Source: Ostreococcus lucimarinus | Taxonomy: Eukaryota | DNA: 64,000 nucleotides | Assembly (NCBI GenBank): GCA_000092065.1 | Contig: CP000589.1 | Direction: 5' to 3' (one strand) | Shown here: positions 49,284-59,984 of the stretch, one piece after another | Layout: the number at the start of each line of letters is the position of its first letter | How positions within the stretch are numbered: position 1 is the stretch's first letter | Position numbers and translations under genes: made by a program | Notes under the pieces: generated by a model | The model's input: only the letters and a program-made list of their open reading frames with translations | Database searches by the model: none | Told to the model about the DNA's origin: nothing

Positions 49284-49955
49284 TCAAACGAGCAACTGTT
49301 TTTTCACGTAGGCTCGAATCGCTCGACGCTTCTCCACAGCCTTGAGCGTCCACATATCCGCCACCACGTCCTCATCAACCATGCGATCGACGATTTCCTC
49401 CGCCCGCAGTAAATCATTCGACGCGCTGCAGCAATTCAACAGCACGTTATACGTGACGCTCGTCAGCGCGATGTCATGCTTTTCCCGCGCGCCGTTGACG
49501 AGTTGCATCGCTCGTCCCCAACCCGGCGGATCCATATTCAGATACCCTTTCGCCAACTCCGCCACCGCCACCTCATCCGGCGCGCACACTTCCTTTTCAA
49601 ATATCTCATCGTACACTTTTTGCGCCAATTCCATGTTTTTCCCGTTCACGCACGCCGATATGCACGCCGTCGCCGCGAACGCGTCCGGAGTCACCCCCTC
49701 CCGTCCCAGTCCGACGAGCAGATCCACCGCCGTCGCCGCCGCGCCTCGCTTCGCGCACTCCCTCAGCTTCGTCGTCGTGTCTTTCAGTATTCTCATCTCC
49801 TCGCTCGACGCCATCGCGCGCGTCGCGCGCATCGCGCGCGTCGTCGTCATCGGGACGCGCCGCCGCCGGGACGCGTCGGCGCCGAAAGACGCGCGAAGGA
49901 GCGCGCGCGAGCGCGCGAGCGACGCCGTGGACGCCATCGGAGCGTCGGAACTCAC
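49284..49955 (-). CDS. Small pentatricopeptide-repeat (PPR)-like organellar protein.
   Basis: R/A/S-rich presequence, then PPR-like helices (DAFAATACISACVNGKNMELAQKVYDEIFEKEVCAPDEVAVAELAKGY; VTYNVLLNCCSASNDLLRAEEIVDRMVDE). Confidence 0.55.
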   Translation of the reverse strand: MSSDAPMASTASLARSRALLRASFGADASRRRRVPMTTTRAMRATRAMASSEEMRILKDTTTKLRECAKRGAAATAVDLLVGLGREGVTPDAFAATACISACVNGKNMELAQKVYDEIFEKEVCAPDEVAVAELAKGYLNMDPPGWGRAMQLVNGAREKHDIALTSVTYNVLLNCCSASNDLLRAEEIVDRMVDEDVVADMWTLKAVEKRRAIRAYVKKQLLV

Positions 49956-50122
49956 CGCGCGCGCGTTCGTGCGTCTCGCGAGGTCGTCGTCGCGACGCGG
50001 TGTGTCGGCGTCGCTCGCGAATCACATTCGCGAGGCGAAAACGCCCGCGCGAGGCGAACCACGACCACTGACTGACTGACTGCGCGACGTTACATTACAC
50101 TACGCGTAAAACAGCGAACGAG

Positions 50123-50716
50123 CTACGGCGCGACGCCGGAAAACAACGCCGCGAGCCCGATCGTGAGCGCGGTGCCGACGAGGACGGGATTATCTCCGGA
50201 CCAAAACTTGGGCGCGCGCCGCGCCGCGCGCGCGACGTCTTCGAGCGTCTCGACGCGGCGCGCCGCCGCCGGCGCGTCGTCTCGCAATAAATACCTCGTC
50301 TCCGGATCGATCTTCGTCAGCCACTGGGCGTAGAACCATTTTTCTAATCCCTTGCCGTCGCTCCGAGCGAGGTCGTCGAGGTAGGCGCGGAGTTCGCCCG
50401 ATTTTTTATTCTTCGCCAGCCGGACGCGCGCGCTCGGGACCAAAACGAGCCACCAGTACGCCGTCATCGCGCCGATCGCGCCGAGGACGACGAGCTCGTC
50501 GCGAAGCAGCGCGGGATCGATCGGCGTCGGGACGTACGCCGCCGCGATCGGGTCGACGGCGGAGATCGCGCGCGGGGCGGCGTCGGCGACGTCGGCCTCG
50601 AACGCGCGACGCGACGTCGACGCGCGCGGCGGCGGCGACGACGCGCGACAGGGCGCGCGACAGGGCGCGCGCGCGGCGTGGAGGACGGCGGTGGTGGTGG
50701 CGGTGACGGCGCGCAT
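50123..50716 (-). CDS. Hypothetical organellar (probably plastid) membrane protein: transit peptide plus one or two TM helices.
   Basis: S/T/A/R-rich N-terminus (MRAVTATTTAVLHAARAPCRAPCRASSPPPRAST), TM LVVLGAIGAMTAYWWLVLV, C-terminal TM VLVGTALTIGLAALFSGV. Confidence 0.45.
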   Translation of the reverse strand: MRAVTATTTAVLHAARAPCRAPCRASSPPPRASTSRRAFEADVADAAPRAISAVDPIAAAYVPTPIDPALLRDELVVLGAIGAMTAYWWLVLVPSARVRLAKNKKSGELRAYLDDLARSDGKGLEKWFYAQWLTKIDPETRYLLRDDAPAAARRVETLEDVARAARRAPKFWSGDNPVLVGTALTIGLAALFSGVAP

Positions 50717-50842
50717 GCGGCGACGCGAGAGAGACGCGACGACGCGAGAGAGGCGCGGCGCGGTGTCGCGACAAGATGACGCGGTCGGTCGGACGTGGAT
50801 TTCGCGGCGTCGAGGCGGCGGGCGGCTACAGGGCTGGGTGGG

Positions 50843-51778
50843 TTACAACGAATCGTGGAGATCTTTCGCGGCTCGGCACGCGTCGATGTACTCTTGTTCG
50901 GTCATTTGTTCTTTGCGGGATTCGATGACGTTGAACATGGTTTCAAGACTCTTTCTTTGCTTGACTTTTTTGTCGTGCCTCTTGGCGAAGGCAATCGTCT
51001 CGGCGTCGCCGCTCTTTTCAGCCGACGCCAGTGTTTCGTCGTCCCAAGGACAGCCATTCTCGACCAAGTGTTTCAACACGCGGACAACGCCCTTTCTTGC
51101 TACGTTCCAAGTGGCTGTCTCACTCCAACCGCAACCGCACTCTCTGAGGAAATCGATACACTGTATTACCTCGCCCGGCTGTCCCCTCGCGGCATTGGCG
51201 CACACCGCACCTATGAACGCGCTTCCTCGCTCAACAATCATATTTTTCGCGTCGTCTTCTCGTTTCCTCTTCCTTCGTTTCGTCTGCTCTTGGTAGGCCT
51301 CGATGAGGAGCGTGATTCTCGTCACACTTGTATTCTGACACGCGGTATGCACGGCGTCGTAGTCCACTTCCAGACCGAGTTCCAACGCGTACTTGAAGCA
51401 CTGCATCTGCGTCGGCACATCCGTGGCTTCGCGCAATAGGTTCGGATGCAGAGCGCAGCCATTCTCCACGGCGTACTTCAGACACCGAATGTGCCCTCTG
51501 CGAGTCGCCAGAAGCGTCGTAAAGTCACAAAACGCGCCGGTACCGAAAGACAGCGTCTGCCCGCGTGGCCACGCGGCGGCGTCCGGCCACGACTCGCGCA
51601 ATATGCACGCACACGTCTCTGGATCGCCCGTGACATGCGCGCGATATTCGGTTGTTGGCATCCGTGCCGTTTCACGCCCGTACCGACGCCGCGCGGAGTC
51701 GTCGGTGCGGCGATGAGTGACGACGATAAGACCTCGGTTTAGCGAAATCGGCGAAACCGGGCACTGGGAACCTGGCAC
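50843..51778 (-). CDS. Second ankyrin-like 'GCPW' repeat protein, paralogous in repeat type to 15256..15861.
   Basis: IRCLKYAVENGCALHPNLL...CFKYALELGLEVD...LKHLVENGCPWDDETLASAEKSGDAETIAFAKRH. It is less regular than the first copy. Confidence 0.55.
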   Translation of the reverse strand: MPGSQCPVSPISLNRGLIVVTHRRTDDSARRRYGRETARMPTTEYRAHVTGDPETCACILRESWPDAAAWPRGQTLSFGTGAFCDFTTLLATRRGHIRCLKYAVENGCALHPNLLREATDVPTQMQCFKYALELGLEVDYDAVHTACQNTSVTRITLLIEAYQEQTKRRKRKREDDAKNMIVERGSAFIGAVCANAARGQPGEVIQCIDFLRECGCGWSETATWNVARKGVVRVLKHLVENGCPWDDETLASAEKSGDAETIAFAKRHDKKVKQRKSLETMFNVIESRKEQMTEQEYIDACRAAKDLHDSL

Positions 51779-51866
51779 TGGTTTTTCTTTGGTTCTCTAA
51801 GCACTCGCATGGGAAAACGTACTACGGATTCTAATGAACGATACCTTAAGGCTGGTGATCGCGCGA

Positions 51867-53963
51867 TCACCAGCCGCCGCGATCGACGTCGTCGCCGGCG
51901 TCTTGACGCCAGACTTGAACGTCGTCCGCGGGACGGCGTTCGCCGGAATCGCGAGGCGGCGGTCGTCGACCGTCGTCGAAAGAGCGGCGACGATCGTCTC
52001 GCGGTGGCGAACGACGGTCGTCGTCGTTGAAAGAGCGACGCTGCGGACGGGCGCGGTAGCCTTCGTTGTCGTAGCGAGGACGGGAGTCGTCGTCGAAACG
52101 CTCGCGAGGGCGGAAGGAATCTCGCTCGGGGCGGCGATCGTCGAAACGACGGCCGAATTCGCCCCTGTCCTCGCTTCGCCGATCGTCGAAAGAGCGCCGT
52201 GGTGGGCGATCGTCGAAGTTGTCGCGGTTGCGGAAAGAATCGCGTCCACCGCGACCGCCGCGGTCGCCGAAACGTCCACCACCGCGACCGCCGTCCCGGT
52301 CGCCGAAGCGACCGCCGCCGCGGTCGCCGAAGCGTCCGCCACCGCGACTGCCGTCGCGATCGCCGAAGCGATCGCCGCCGCGACCGCCAAAGCGACCGCC
52401 GTCGCGACCGCCGAAGCGTTCGCCTCGATCTTCGAAGCGACCGCCACCGCGACCGCCTCTGTCATCGAATCGGCCGCCGAAGTCACCGCCGCGACCACCG
52501 CCGTCCCTGCGCTCGAATCGCGGCGGACGATCGTCGAACCGATCGAAAGATTGACGTCTATCGTCGTCGAAGCCGCGACCGCGGCCGCCGCGACCACCGC
52601 GACCTTCGTATCCGCCACGACCGCGTCCACCGCGGTCGCCGAAGCGATCGTCCGAGCGCCTGTCGTCGAATCTGCTTCCGAACTCCTCTCTTCGATCGTC
52701 CCTGTCTCTGCGCTCAAATCGCGGCGGCCCGTCGTCTCTTCTCCGTTCGTATCCACCGCGATCATCGCGGCGTTCAAACCTTGGCGCCCTGTCGTCTCTT
52801 CTTTCGTACGATCCACCGCCTCTTCCCCAGTCGTCTCGCCTTTGGCCTCGGAAAGAATCGCCGCGGCCGCGACCGCGACCGCGATCGTCGTAGCGAGGCG
52901 GTCTGTCGTCGAAAGATCTTCGTCCCGTGGACGATTTCGCGGTCGAAACTTTGGACGTGTCGATCGGCATTTCCTCCGGCGGTGGTTTCGGCGATTCCGC
53001 CAGGCGCAACAATCGTCGAACGCAATCCGACGCCAGTTCCTTGGACGGAAGATCGGCGAACTCGTCGGGATCGTCGATGTCATTCAGCACCAACAGAACG
53101 CGAAGCAAATCCGATAATTGCAGCGCCGGATTCTCTTGTCTGTCCTGAAGTTTATCGCACGCCGAGCACTTGCCTCGCAAATGCGAAACGTCCATCGACA
53201 TCGACGCTCGCAGGCGCTGCAAACCGGCGTTGAGCTTGCGATTATTCAACCTTCGAGGCAACGGCCAATCGATGAGTTGATACACCAGAGACTCGGGCAA
53301 TCGCGAAAATAAATCAGGTCGATCGCGCGCGAAAGAGAGCGCCAATCGTTTGATCTCTCCTGGATCCGACGGCGTCAAATCCTCTTCGTCGCTCTCGAAT
53401 TTAGACTCCGAGTCGGCGCCGGCGGCCGCGTCGTCTCCGCCGCCGCTCACGCCTCGCGCCCACTCCGGCGTCTTCGAATCCCCCGCCGCGACGACGATTT
53501 CATCCGCGTTCACCCCACTGTACCCGAGCGCTTGCAAACGCGCGAGAAATATGACAAACTCCGCCCAATCCCCTCCCCACGTCGTCGTCGTTCGCACGCT
53601 CGACAACAATTCGTCCACGTCGGCGTCCACGCGCGCGCCAACCACCGCTTCGTCCGCCGCGCGCACCGCGCCCTCGTCCGCGTCCTCGCTTTCGAAATCA
53701 TTCGCGTCGACGACGCGATCAACGTCGTCTTCTTCCGCGTCATCGCTCGCCGAGGCGACGACGCGTCCCGCGCGCGCCGCCGCCGTCCCGACTAACCCGC
53801 GCGCGCGCCGAGCGCCGAGCGATTCGAGCGCGACCGGCGCTCGCCACGGCGGTGCGACGCGCGGGAGCGCGCGCGCGGTCGTCGACGCGCGCGCGCGGTC
53901 GACGCGCGGGAGCGCGCGCGCGATGGGCGCGCATCGCGCGGACGCGACGCCGCCGCCGCGCAT
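51867..53963 (-). CDS. RGG/RG-repeat protein (putative RNA-binding) with an N-terminal presequence, a conserved globular N-domain and a ~350-aa (F)GDRGG(R)GG repeat array.
   Basis: Presequence MRGGGVASARCAPIARALPRVDRARAST. Globular part WAEFVIFLARLQALGYSGV...HLRGKCSACDKLQDRQENPALQLSDLLRVLLVLNDIDDPDEFADLPSKELA. Then dozens of RFGDRGGRGGG / FDDRRxxR repeats. Confidence 0.5.
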   Translation of the reverse strand: MRGGGVASARCAPIARALPRVDRARASTTARALPRVAPPWRAPVALESLGARRARGLVGTAAARAGRVVASASDDAEEDDVDRVVDANDFESEDADEGAVRAADEAVVGARVDADVDELLSSVRTTTTWGGDWAEFVIFLARLQALGYSGVNADEIVVAAGDSKTPEWARGVSGGGDDAAAGADSESKFESDEEDLTPSDPGEIKRLALSFARDRPDLFSRLPESLVYQLIDWPLPRRLNNRKLNAGLQRLRASMSMDVSHLRGKCSACDKLQDRQENPALQLSDLLRVLLVLNDIDDPDEFADLPSKELASDCVRRLLRLAESPKPPPEEMPIDTSKVSTAKSSTGRRSFDDRPPRYDDRGRGRGRGDSFRGQRRDDWGRGGGSYERRDDRAPRFERRDDRGGYERRRDDGPPRFERRDRDDRREEFGSRFDDRRSDDRFGDRGGRGRGGYEGRGGRGGRGRGFDDDRRQSFDRFDDRPPRFERRDGGGRGGDFGGRFDDRGGRGGGRFEDRGERFGGRDGGRFGGRGGDRFGDRDGSRGGGRFGDRGGGRFGDRDGGRGGGRFGDRGGRGGRDSFRNRDNFDDRPPRRSFDDRRSEDRGEFGRRFDDRRPERDSFRPRERFDDDSRPRYDNEGYRARPQRRSFNDDDRRSPPRDDRRRSFDDGRRPPPRDSGERRPADDVQVWRQDAGDDVDRGGW
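52150..52950. repeat. Highly repetitive DNA encoding the RGG array ((GGCGGTCGC)/(GCGATCGCC)-type degenerate repeats).
   Basis: Visible period-9/18 repetition of cgccgccgcggtcgccgaagcg units on the plus strand. It coincides with the long artefactual antisense ORFs 51834..53117 and 52199..53233. Confidence 0.5.
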
Positions 53964-54168
53964 GCGCTCGGTCGAACGCGCGCGCGCGCGCGCGGTCGCG
54001 CGAGCGATGGACGCGCGCGCGAGGGCGCGCAGGCGATCGGCGCGTATGGTTCGCGAGCGCGCCGCGACCTCGAGGACGGGCGCGAGGTGTCGAACGGTGA
54101 CGCGGTGCGAAGTGAGGGAATCGAACGGACGCGGCGGCGGTTCGTCGGTTGGTTGGACTGCGCTCGAG

Positions 54169-55944
54169 TTACATTTGGTCGAGATAGGCGCCGTAACCGA
54201 GCTCTTCGAGCTTGCTCGCCTTGTTCAACACGACGTTCTCCATGTCGTCTTGGTACGCTAACATTTTAGAGCACACGTCGGGCTCGAACGCGGCGACGAT
54301 GCGAGCGGCGATGAGACCGGCGTTGGCGCTGTTGCCGATGGCCACCGTCGCCACGGGAACGCCTTTGGGCATTTGAACGATGGAGAGCAAGGAATCCATG
54401 CCGTCGAGATACTTGAGCGGGACTGGGACGCCGATAACGGGAAGAGGGGTCATGGCGGCGACCATGCCGGGTAAGTGCGCGGCGCCGCCGGCGCCGGCGA
54501 TGATGGCGCGCAAGCCGCGCGTGTGCGCGCTTCTCGCGTACTCGTTCATACGCTCGGGCGTTCTGTGCGCCGAAATGACGGTGACTTCGCAACCGATGCC
54601 GAAAGATTCGAGGACCTCCGCAGCGGCGCTCATCGTGGGCAAGTCACTGTCGGAACCCATGATGATGCCGACTTGAGCCGCCTTCTTCGGCGGCGTCTTG
54701 TCCCCGCTCGCGGCGCGCAAAAGCGTGTCCAGACGCTCCGTCGCCACCGCCGCGCTCGGGCCGACGACGGTGAGGTGACCCATCTTGCGCGCGAGCTTCA
54801 TGTCAGGCTTTTCGTACCAGTGAATGCTCGCACCGGGAGTCGCTAGCGCGGCGCCCATGAGACGGTGCGCCCGGCCCATGGCCTCGTCGCCGTCGCCGTC
54901 TCCCAAAATATTCTTCATCACCGCCCCGCCAACCTTGAGCGAGGTGTCACCCAAGGGCCAACCCAAAATGGCGCGCAAGTGATTTTCGTACTGCGAGCAC
55001 GCGCAGCCTTCGATGGTGTAGTGACCGCTGTTGTGCGGTCTCGGCGCGCACTCGTTGAGCAAAATCGAGCCATCCTTGAGGAGGAAGAGCTCGACGCCAA
55101 AGATCCCCGCACCCGTGAAAGACCCGATCGCTCGCTTCGCCGCCGCTTGCACCGCTTCGGCAACTTTATTCGGAATCGGCGCCGGCGTCGTCGTCGTGTC
55201 GCAAATATTGTTTTCGTGAACGGTTTCGACGACGGGGTACGCCCGCGTCTCCCCATTCTTGGCGCGCACCACCATCACCGCCAATTCCTTCTCAAACGGC
55301 ACCCACTTCTCGCAATACAACCCTTGTTCAAACCCACCCAACTTCGCCACCGCATCGGCCAAATCCGCGGCGGTCTTCGCCACCGCGTTCCCGCGCCCGT
55401 CGTACGCCAAACGCTTGGACTTTAACATGAGCGGAAACCCAAACTCGCTCGCCGCGCTCTGCAACGCGGCTTCATTCGGGCAATCCGCGTACGGCCCGAG
55501 CGGGACCCCGGCGTTCGTGAAGTGTACCTTCTGCGCATACTTATCCTGAATCGTCGCCAACGTCTCCGGCGTCGGCTGCACGTCCACGCCCGCCGCGCTC
55601 AGCTCTCGCAGCGCCTCCACGTCGATGTGTTCAATCTCCACCGTCACCACATCGCACGTCTCCGCGAACGCCTTCACCGCCGCCTTATCCCTAAAACTCC
55701 CCACCACCTGCGTCGCCGCGATCGACGCCGGCGCGCGCTCCGTCGGATCCAGCGCTTTCAACCGCACCCCCATCGGCGCCCCCGCGATTGCGAGCATGCG
55801 TCCGAGCTGTCCGCCGCCCAATATCCCCACCCGACAGTCCCGTCCGTACCCCTCGAATCCCGGTTCATCGCTATCGCGTCCGCGCGCGTTCGCGCTTTCG
55901 TCAGTCCATCGCTCGATCGCTCGCGTCGTCCCGCGTTCGCGCAT
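54169..55944 (-). CDS. ADE2: Phosphoribosylaminoimidazole carboxylase, bifunctional PurK-PurE fusion (ADE2-type; N5-CAIR synthetase plus mutase).
   Basis: N-terminal ATP-grasp ([14 protein letters not shown]...; [18 protein letters not shown]). C-terminal PurE ([42 protein letters not shown]...[29 protein letters not shown]). ATG at 55944. Confidence 0.9.
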   Translation of the reverse strand: MRERGTTRAIERWTDESANARGRDSDEPGFEGYGRDCRVGILGGGQLGRMLAIAGAPMGVRLKALDPTERAPASIAATQVVGSFRDKAAVKAFAETCDVVTVEIEHIDVEALRELSAAGVDVQPTPETLATIQDKYAQKVHFTNAGVPLGPYADCPNEAALQSAASEFGFPLMLKSKRLAYDGRGNAVAKTAADLADAVAKLGGFEQGLYCEKWVPFEKELAVMVVRAKNGETRAYPVVETVHENNICDTTTTPAPIPNKVAEAVQAAAKRAIGSFTGAGIFGVELFLLKDGSILLNECAPRPHNSGHYTIEGCACSQYENHLRAILGWPLGDTSLKVGGAVMKNILGDGDGDEAMGRAHRLMGAALATPGASIHWYEKPDMKLARKMGHLTVVGPSAAVATERLDTLLRAASGDKTPPKKAAQVGIIMGSDSDLPTMSAAAEVLESFGIGCEVTVISAHRTPERMNEYARSAHTRGLRAIIAGAGGAAHLPGMVAAMTPLPVIGVPVPLKYLDGMDSLLSIVQMPKGVPVATVAIGNSANAGLIAARIVAAFEPDVCSKMLAYQDDMENVVLNKASKLEELGYGAYLDQM

Positions 55945-55966
55945 TCATTCATTCATTCATTCGCTC
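55942..55966. repeat. (CATT)5-6 microsatellite overlapping the ADE2 start codon / 5' UTR.
   Basis: gcattcattcattcattcattcgctcactcattcgcc. Confidence 0.5.
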
Positions 55967-56185
55967 ACTCATTCGCCCGGTTCAAACCGACGCACCTCAC
56001 TCGAAACTTGGCCTCCCCGCTCGCGCGCGCGCGCGTCCGGCGCGTTCGCCCGCGCGCGTTCGCCCGCGCGCATCGTCGCGTCGCGCGCGGCGCGCTCGCG
56101 TCGGTCGTCGCGCGCGCCGCGGCGCCCGTCATCGCCGTCGTCGTCGTCGATGTGACGACCGCGCGGCGGGCGGCGCGATCGCCCT

Positions 56186-56335
56186 CGCGTTCGCGTATTC
56201 GACCGGTCCTGACTCGTGAAGAGTCTCACACTACGACGCGCGCGCGAACGATCGCGATCGACCCTCGCGTTCGCGCATTCGACCGGTCCTGACTCGTGAA
56301 GAGTCTCACACTACGACGCGCGCGCGAACGATCGG
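56186..56335. repeat. Tandem duplication (2 copies, ~80-bp period, 1 mismatch) of a unit containing a GACTC-GTGAA-GAGTC hairpin, in the divergent ADE2 / ACT-kinase intergenic region.
   Basis: ccctcgcgttcgcg(t/c)attcgaccggtcctgactcgtgaagagtctcacactacgacgcgcgcgcgaacgatcg occurs twice, 80 bp apart. Confidence 0.6.
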
Positions 56336-56516
56336 CGACCGGGCGACCGACCGTCGCGAAAGGCCACGGGGCGCGGCGCCAACCGAAGCGTCGCCAACCG
56401 ACGCGTCGCGCGACGCCGACGCGCGCGACACCGCGCGACGCCCGCGCGAGCGCTCGAACGCGCGCGCGTATTTCGCGCGACCGGGCGCGCGGGCGCGCGG
56501 GCGCGGCGCGGGCGCG

Positions 56517-58376
56517 ATGGCGACGGCGCGCGGCGACGACGACGCGCGCGCGGCGACGACGCGACGCGAGGACGACGACGACGACGACGGGACGCGCGCG
56601 AGGACGCGCGACGCGCGGGACGCGGCGATGCGCGAGGAACTGGCGAAACGATTTCCCACGTGCGATTGGCGGGAGGCGCGGGCGATGGACGACGCGTGCC
56701 TGGTGCTCGTGCGCGCGGCGGTCGCGGCGGAGCGACACGGGGCGAGGGCGCTCTCGTGCGGGGCGCGGAGAGTCGCGGGCGAGGACGAGGACGACGCGTC
56801 GCAGAGAATGGCGCGGGGGGGATCGAACTCGTCGAGCGCGTCGGCGGGGACGTCGTTTTCGCGCGAGGCGTACGAGCTGGAACAGCTGACGGCGGCGGTG
56901 CGCGGCGCGGGTCTGAAGACGCCGGAGGAGACGGAGTATAAATTGGTGTTTTGCGGCGCGGACGTCGGTGGGATGCTAACGAGGACGATGCAGGTGGTAG
57001 ATAGGATCGGGTTGGAGGTGAAGGATGCGCAGGCGCACAAGAGCGTGGACGGAATGGCGTTGAATTTTTTCACCGTCGTCGGGTACGAGGGCGAGGACGA
57101 ACGCGCGCTCGAGGAAGCGGTGGAGGCTGCGCTTGTGAACGAGGAAAGCGAGGAGAAGAAGCCGCCGGTACCTTTGATCATCAACGCGGCACCGCCGAAG
57201 TCGGGAGTGAAGCGCCGGAGAGACGCACGGGCGCGAGGTGGTGAAGCTTTTTCCCCGAGCACGTCTGCGGAGCATCACGGTAAATCGCAACGGGCGGCTG
57301 CGAGCTTTGGCGGACGCGCTTCTAGTCGGCGTTCGCATTCGCGGTCTGGCTCAGAACTGTCGATGAATGACTCGTTCAACAATACAGCATCGGCGACGGA
57401 TACGCCGGGGAGTGAAGAAGCTACAGAGGAACCCATGTCGGAGGACAACAGCGACGGCGCGTTGAGCGTAGGAAGCGACATCGATTCGAAAAAGCTTCAA
57501 ATCGGACGCAAAATCGGTGAAGGGACGTTCGGAACGCTGTATCACGGCATTTATCCCAGCAGAACGAGAGAAGGACGAGTCGTTCACATCGAAGTCGCGC
57601 TAAAATATGTGACGCTCAAGCGGGACGATGTCAAATCGGCGCGGCTTGACTTTTTCCAAGAAGTCAAGATGCTTCGAACTCTCAAGCACGCAAACCTTGT
57701 CGGGTACGTTGGCTCGGTGGTCGAGGGATCGGAGCTATGCTTGGTGACAGAATTCATGGCAAAGGGTCCCTTACTAGAGTACTTGCGCGAAAATGGTCCG
57801 ATGCGAAAGGTGGAAGCGATACGAGTCGCCGTCGGCATCACGCGAGGCATGACGTACTTGCACGAAGTGGGCGTGATACATCGAGACTTGAGGGCTGCGA
57901 ACGTCTTACTTTCTGGATCTTTTGACGCAAAAATTTCCGATTTTGGTCTTGCACGTCGCGTACCTCGAAACCGATCGAGGATGACCGCGGAAACAGGCAC
58001 GTATCGATGGATGGCTCCGGAGGTCATCACGCACGGCGAGTACGACGTCAAGGCAGATGTGTTTTCTTTCGCCATTACGCTTTGGGAAATCGTCACCGGA
58101 GGCGCAAACCCGTACGGGGAGTTGAATCCTCTTCAAGCCGCAGTGGCGGTCGTTCAGAGAGGAATCCGCCCGCCGATACCGCATAAGTGCGATCCCCTGT
58201 TCGCAGAATTGATGCAGAATTGTTGGAAAACCGTGCCGCAGTCGCGGCCTCGTTTTAGAGATTTGCAGCCTTTACTCGAAGCGTGTGATTCTCCGGAAGA
58301 AGTCATCGAAACCTTGGCGAAACCTCCGAGCAAGTCTTTTTTCTCCAAGTTCCGCTTCGGAAGAAAGCAACAATAA
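56517..58376 (+). CDS. ACT-domain-containing TKL-family Ser/Thr/Tyr protein kinase (plant STY-type).
   Basis: ACT-like region YKLVFCGADVGGMLTRTMQVVDRIGLEVKDAQAHKSVDGMALNFFTVVGYEG. Kinase core IGEGTFGTLYHG...HIEVALKYV...HANLVGYVG...HRDLRAANVLL...DFGLAR...GTYRWMAPEV...FSFAITLWEI. The very acidic/R-rich N-terminal ~60 aa may not be coding. Confidence 0.8.
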   Translation: MATARGDDDARAATTRREDDDDDDGTRARTRDARDAAMREELAKRFPTCDWREARAMDDACLVLVRAAVAAERHGARALSCGARRVAGEDEDDASQRMARGGSNSSSASAGTSFSREAYELEQLTAAVRGAGLKTPEETEYKLVFCGADVGGMLTRTMQVVDRIGLEVKDAQAHKSVDGMALNFFTVVGYEGEDERALEEAVEAALVNEESEEKKPPVPLIINAAPPKSGVKRRRDARARGGEAFSPSTSAEHHGKSQRAAASFGGRASSRRSHSRSGSELSMNDSFNNTASATDTPGSEEATEEPMSEDNSDGALSVGSDIDSKKLQIGRKIGEGTFGTLYHGIYPSRTREGRVVHIEVALKYVTLKRDDVKSARLDFFQEVKMLRTLKHANLVGYVGSVVEGSELCLVTEFMAKGPLLEYLRENGPMRKVEAIRVAVGITRGMTYLHEVGVIHRDLRAANVLLSGSFDAKISDFGLARRVPRNRSRMTAETGTYRWMAPEVITHGEYDVKADVFSFAITLWEIVTGGANPYGELNPLQAAVAVVQRGIRPPIPHKCDPLFAELMQNCWKTVPQSRPRFRDLQPLLEACDSPEEVIETLAKPPSKSFFSKFRFGRKQQ

Positions 58377-58608
58377 AATAGCAAAAATACCGTATTTACG
58401 CAGAAGAGCGGCGCTCGCGAGCGCTTGCGCGCAAAATCTGAGCACGATGGACTATTCAACATCATCGAGTGCCAGTGTACCATCACCTCCCTAATAATGT
58501 TTATCTATTAGTTTGAGTTGAATAAAAACAGATGTACTGTATCACCCAAGAACACCAGCGTCGTTGCCTTCATTACGATGCGCGCGCATTACATACGAAT
58601 TAAAACTA

Positions 58609-59753
58609 CTACTTCTTAGTCGAAGGGAAAAGCGTCGTCAACGACGGTCGCGTCGGATTCACTTTGACGACTTGGTCGCCGACGACTTCGACGTTCTTGT
58701 ACGTGTAACCGACAAAGTTGGAATCTTTGCCCGCATCCGTTTCCCCAAGTTCACTCTTCTTTCGCATGCTCTCGTCCTCTTCGAAATCTTCAAAGTTACG
58801 AGTGTCCAATTGATGCGAAACGACGGGACTATGGGGTGGCTTCCTCGTGTAGAGAGTGTCCCAGTCGATGCCGCTAAAAAATTTGTGCGATTTGATCTCT
58901 TCCACGCCTCCGCTCGTTCCTAAACGCTGATCGACGTCGCATAACAGACGTTCGATCAAGTCGCGCGCTTCGGGAGAGATCGTCGCGTCGTCTGGAATTC
59001 TCAAGTGGTGTCTCCAGTGCACGATTTTACGGCACGTCGTCATCGGCTCGTCGCTGTAAAACGGCGCGTAACCCATGAGCATTTCAAACATGATAGCACC
59101 GACGCTCCACCAATCGCACTCCAAGCCGTATCCTTTCTTCAGGAGAACTTCTGGGGCGATGTAGTCCGGCGTACCAACTGTGCTGAACGCCAACCGACGT
59201 CGATTCTTCTGCCAGTTCGCGAGCTCTTCTGCGCGCTTTTGATCCGTCTCGATCGTGTTTGGCAAATTGCCCTCGCCGTCTCGACTCATCGCCGCTTCGT
59301 TCTCCAAGATTTCCGGGAGAACCGCCTGCTGATACGCCGGATCGATGGGTTTGCACAATCCGAAGTCGCTCAACTTCATGTGACCATCCTTGTCGAGCAA
59401 CAAGTTGTCCGGTTTGATGTCTCTGTGAATAAAGTTGTGTCGATGAATCGTCTCCAGCGCCGCCACCGTCTGCGCCAAGTAAAACCGCGTCTCTTCCTCC
59501 GTGAGCGTATCGCGTCGAATCAACAGAGTCATCACGTCTCCACCCGGTAAATATTCCATCACGAGGTACAAGAATTGATCGTCTTGAAACGAATAATACA
59601 GCGTCACCACCGCGCGCGAGTTCACCTCGGCGAGCAAGTTTCGCTCCGCCTTGACGTGATCGACTTGCCCGCGCCGAACCATTTCCGACTTTTTCAGCTT
59701 CTTCATCGCGAAAATCTCCCCCGTGCTCTTCTGTCGCACCAACCGCACCTCCC
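58609..59753 (-). CDS. NDR/LATS-family AGC Ser/Thr kinase, exon 2 (kinase domain and AGC C-terminal tail).
   Basis: (G)[24 protein letters not shown]...[26 protein letters not shown]...(NDR insert)...[10 protein letters not shown]...[16 protein letters not shown]...FVGYTYKN hydrophobic motif. The track start at 59781 is a GTG; acceptor CGAACAG| at 59754..59755. Confidence 0.85.
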
Positions 59754-59862
59754 CTGTTCGCGCGCGCGAAACGAATCCCACCCGTCGTCAGTCCCGCGTC
59801 CTCCCGGAATATTCCCGCGCGCGTCGTCGTCCGCGTCGCGTCGCGTCGCGTCGTTCACGCAC

Positions 59863-59940
59863 CGAAAGCCCCTCGCCCGATCAACTTCAGCGGTTCAAAA
59901 TCCTCGACGCACATCCTTTTCCCCGTCCCCTGTTGCGCCT

Positions 59941-59984
<44 letters not shown>

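Noticed and set aside
51834-53233. 427-aa and 344-aa plus-strand ORFs over the RGG-repeat region
   Set aside because: Generated by the repetitive DNA. The minus-strand frame carries a conserved non-repetitive N-terminal domain and presequence.
56186-56335. CRISPR array or prokaryotic defence locus
   Set aside because: Only two copies of the repeat with a fixed spacer. The context is eukaryotic (introns, organellar targeting peptides, nuclear gene families). No cas-like, restriction-modification or toxin-antitoxin ORFs are present anywhere in the window.
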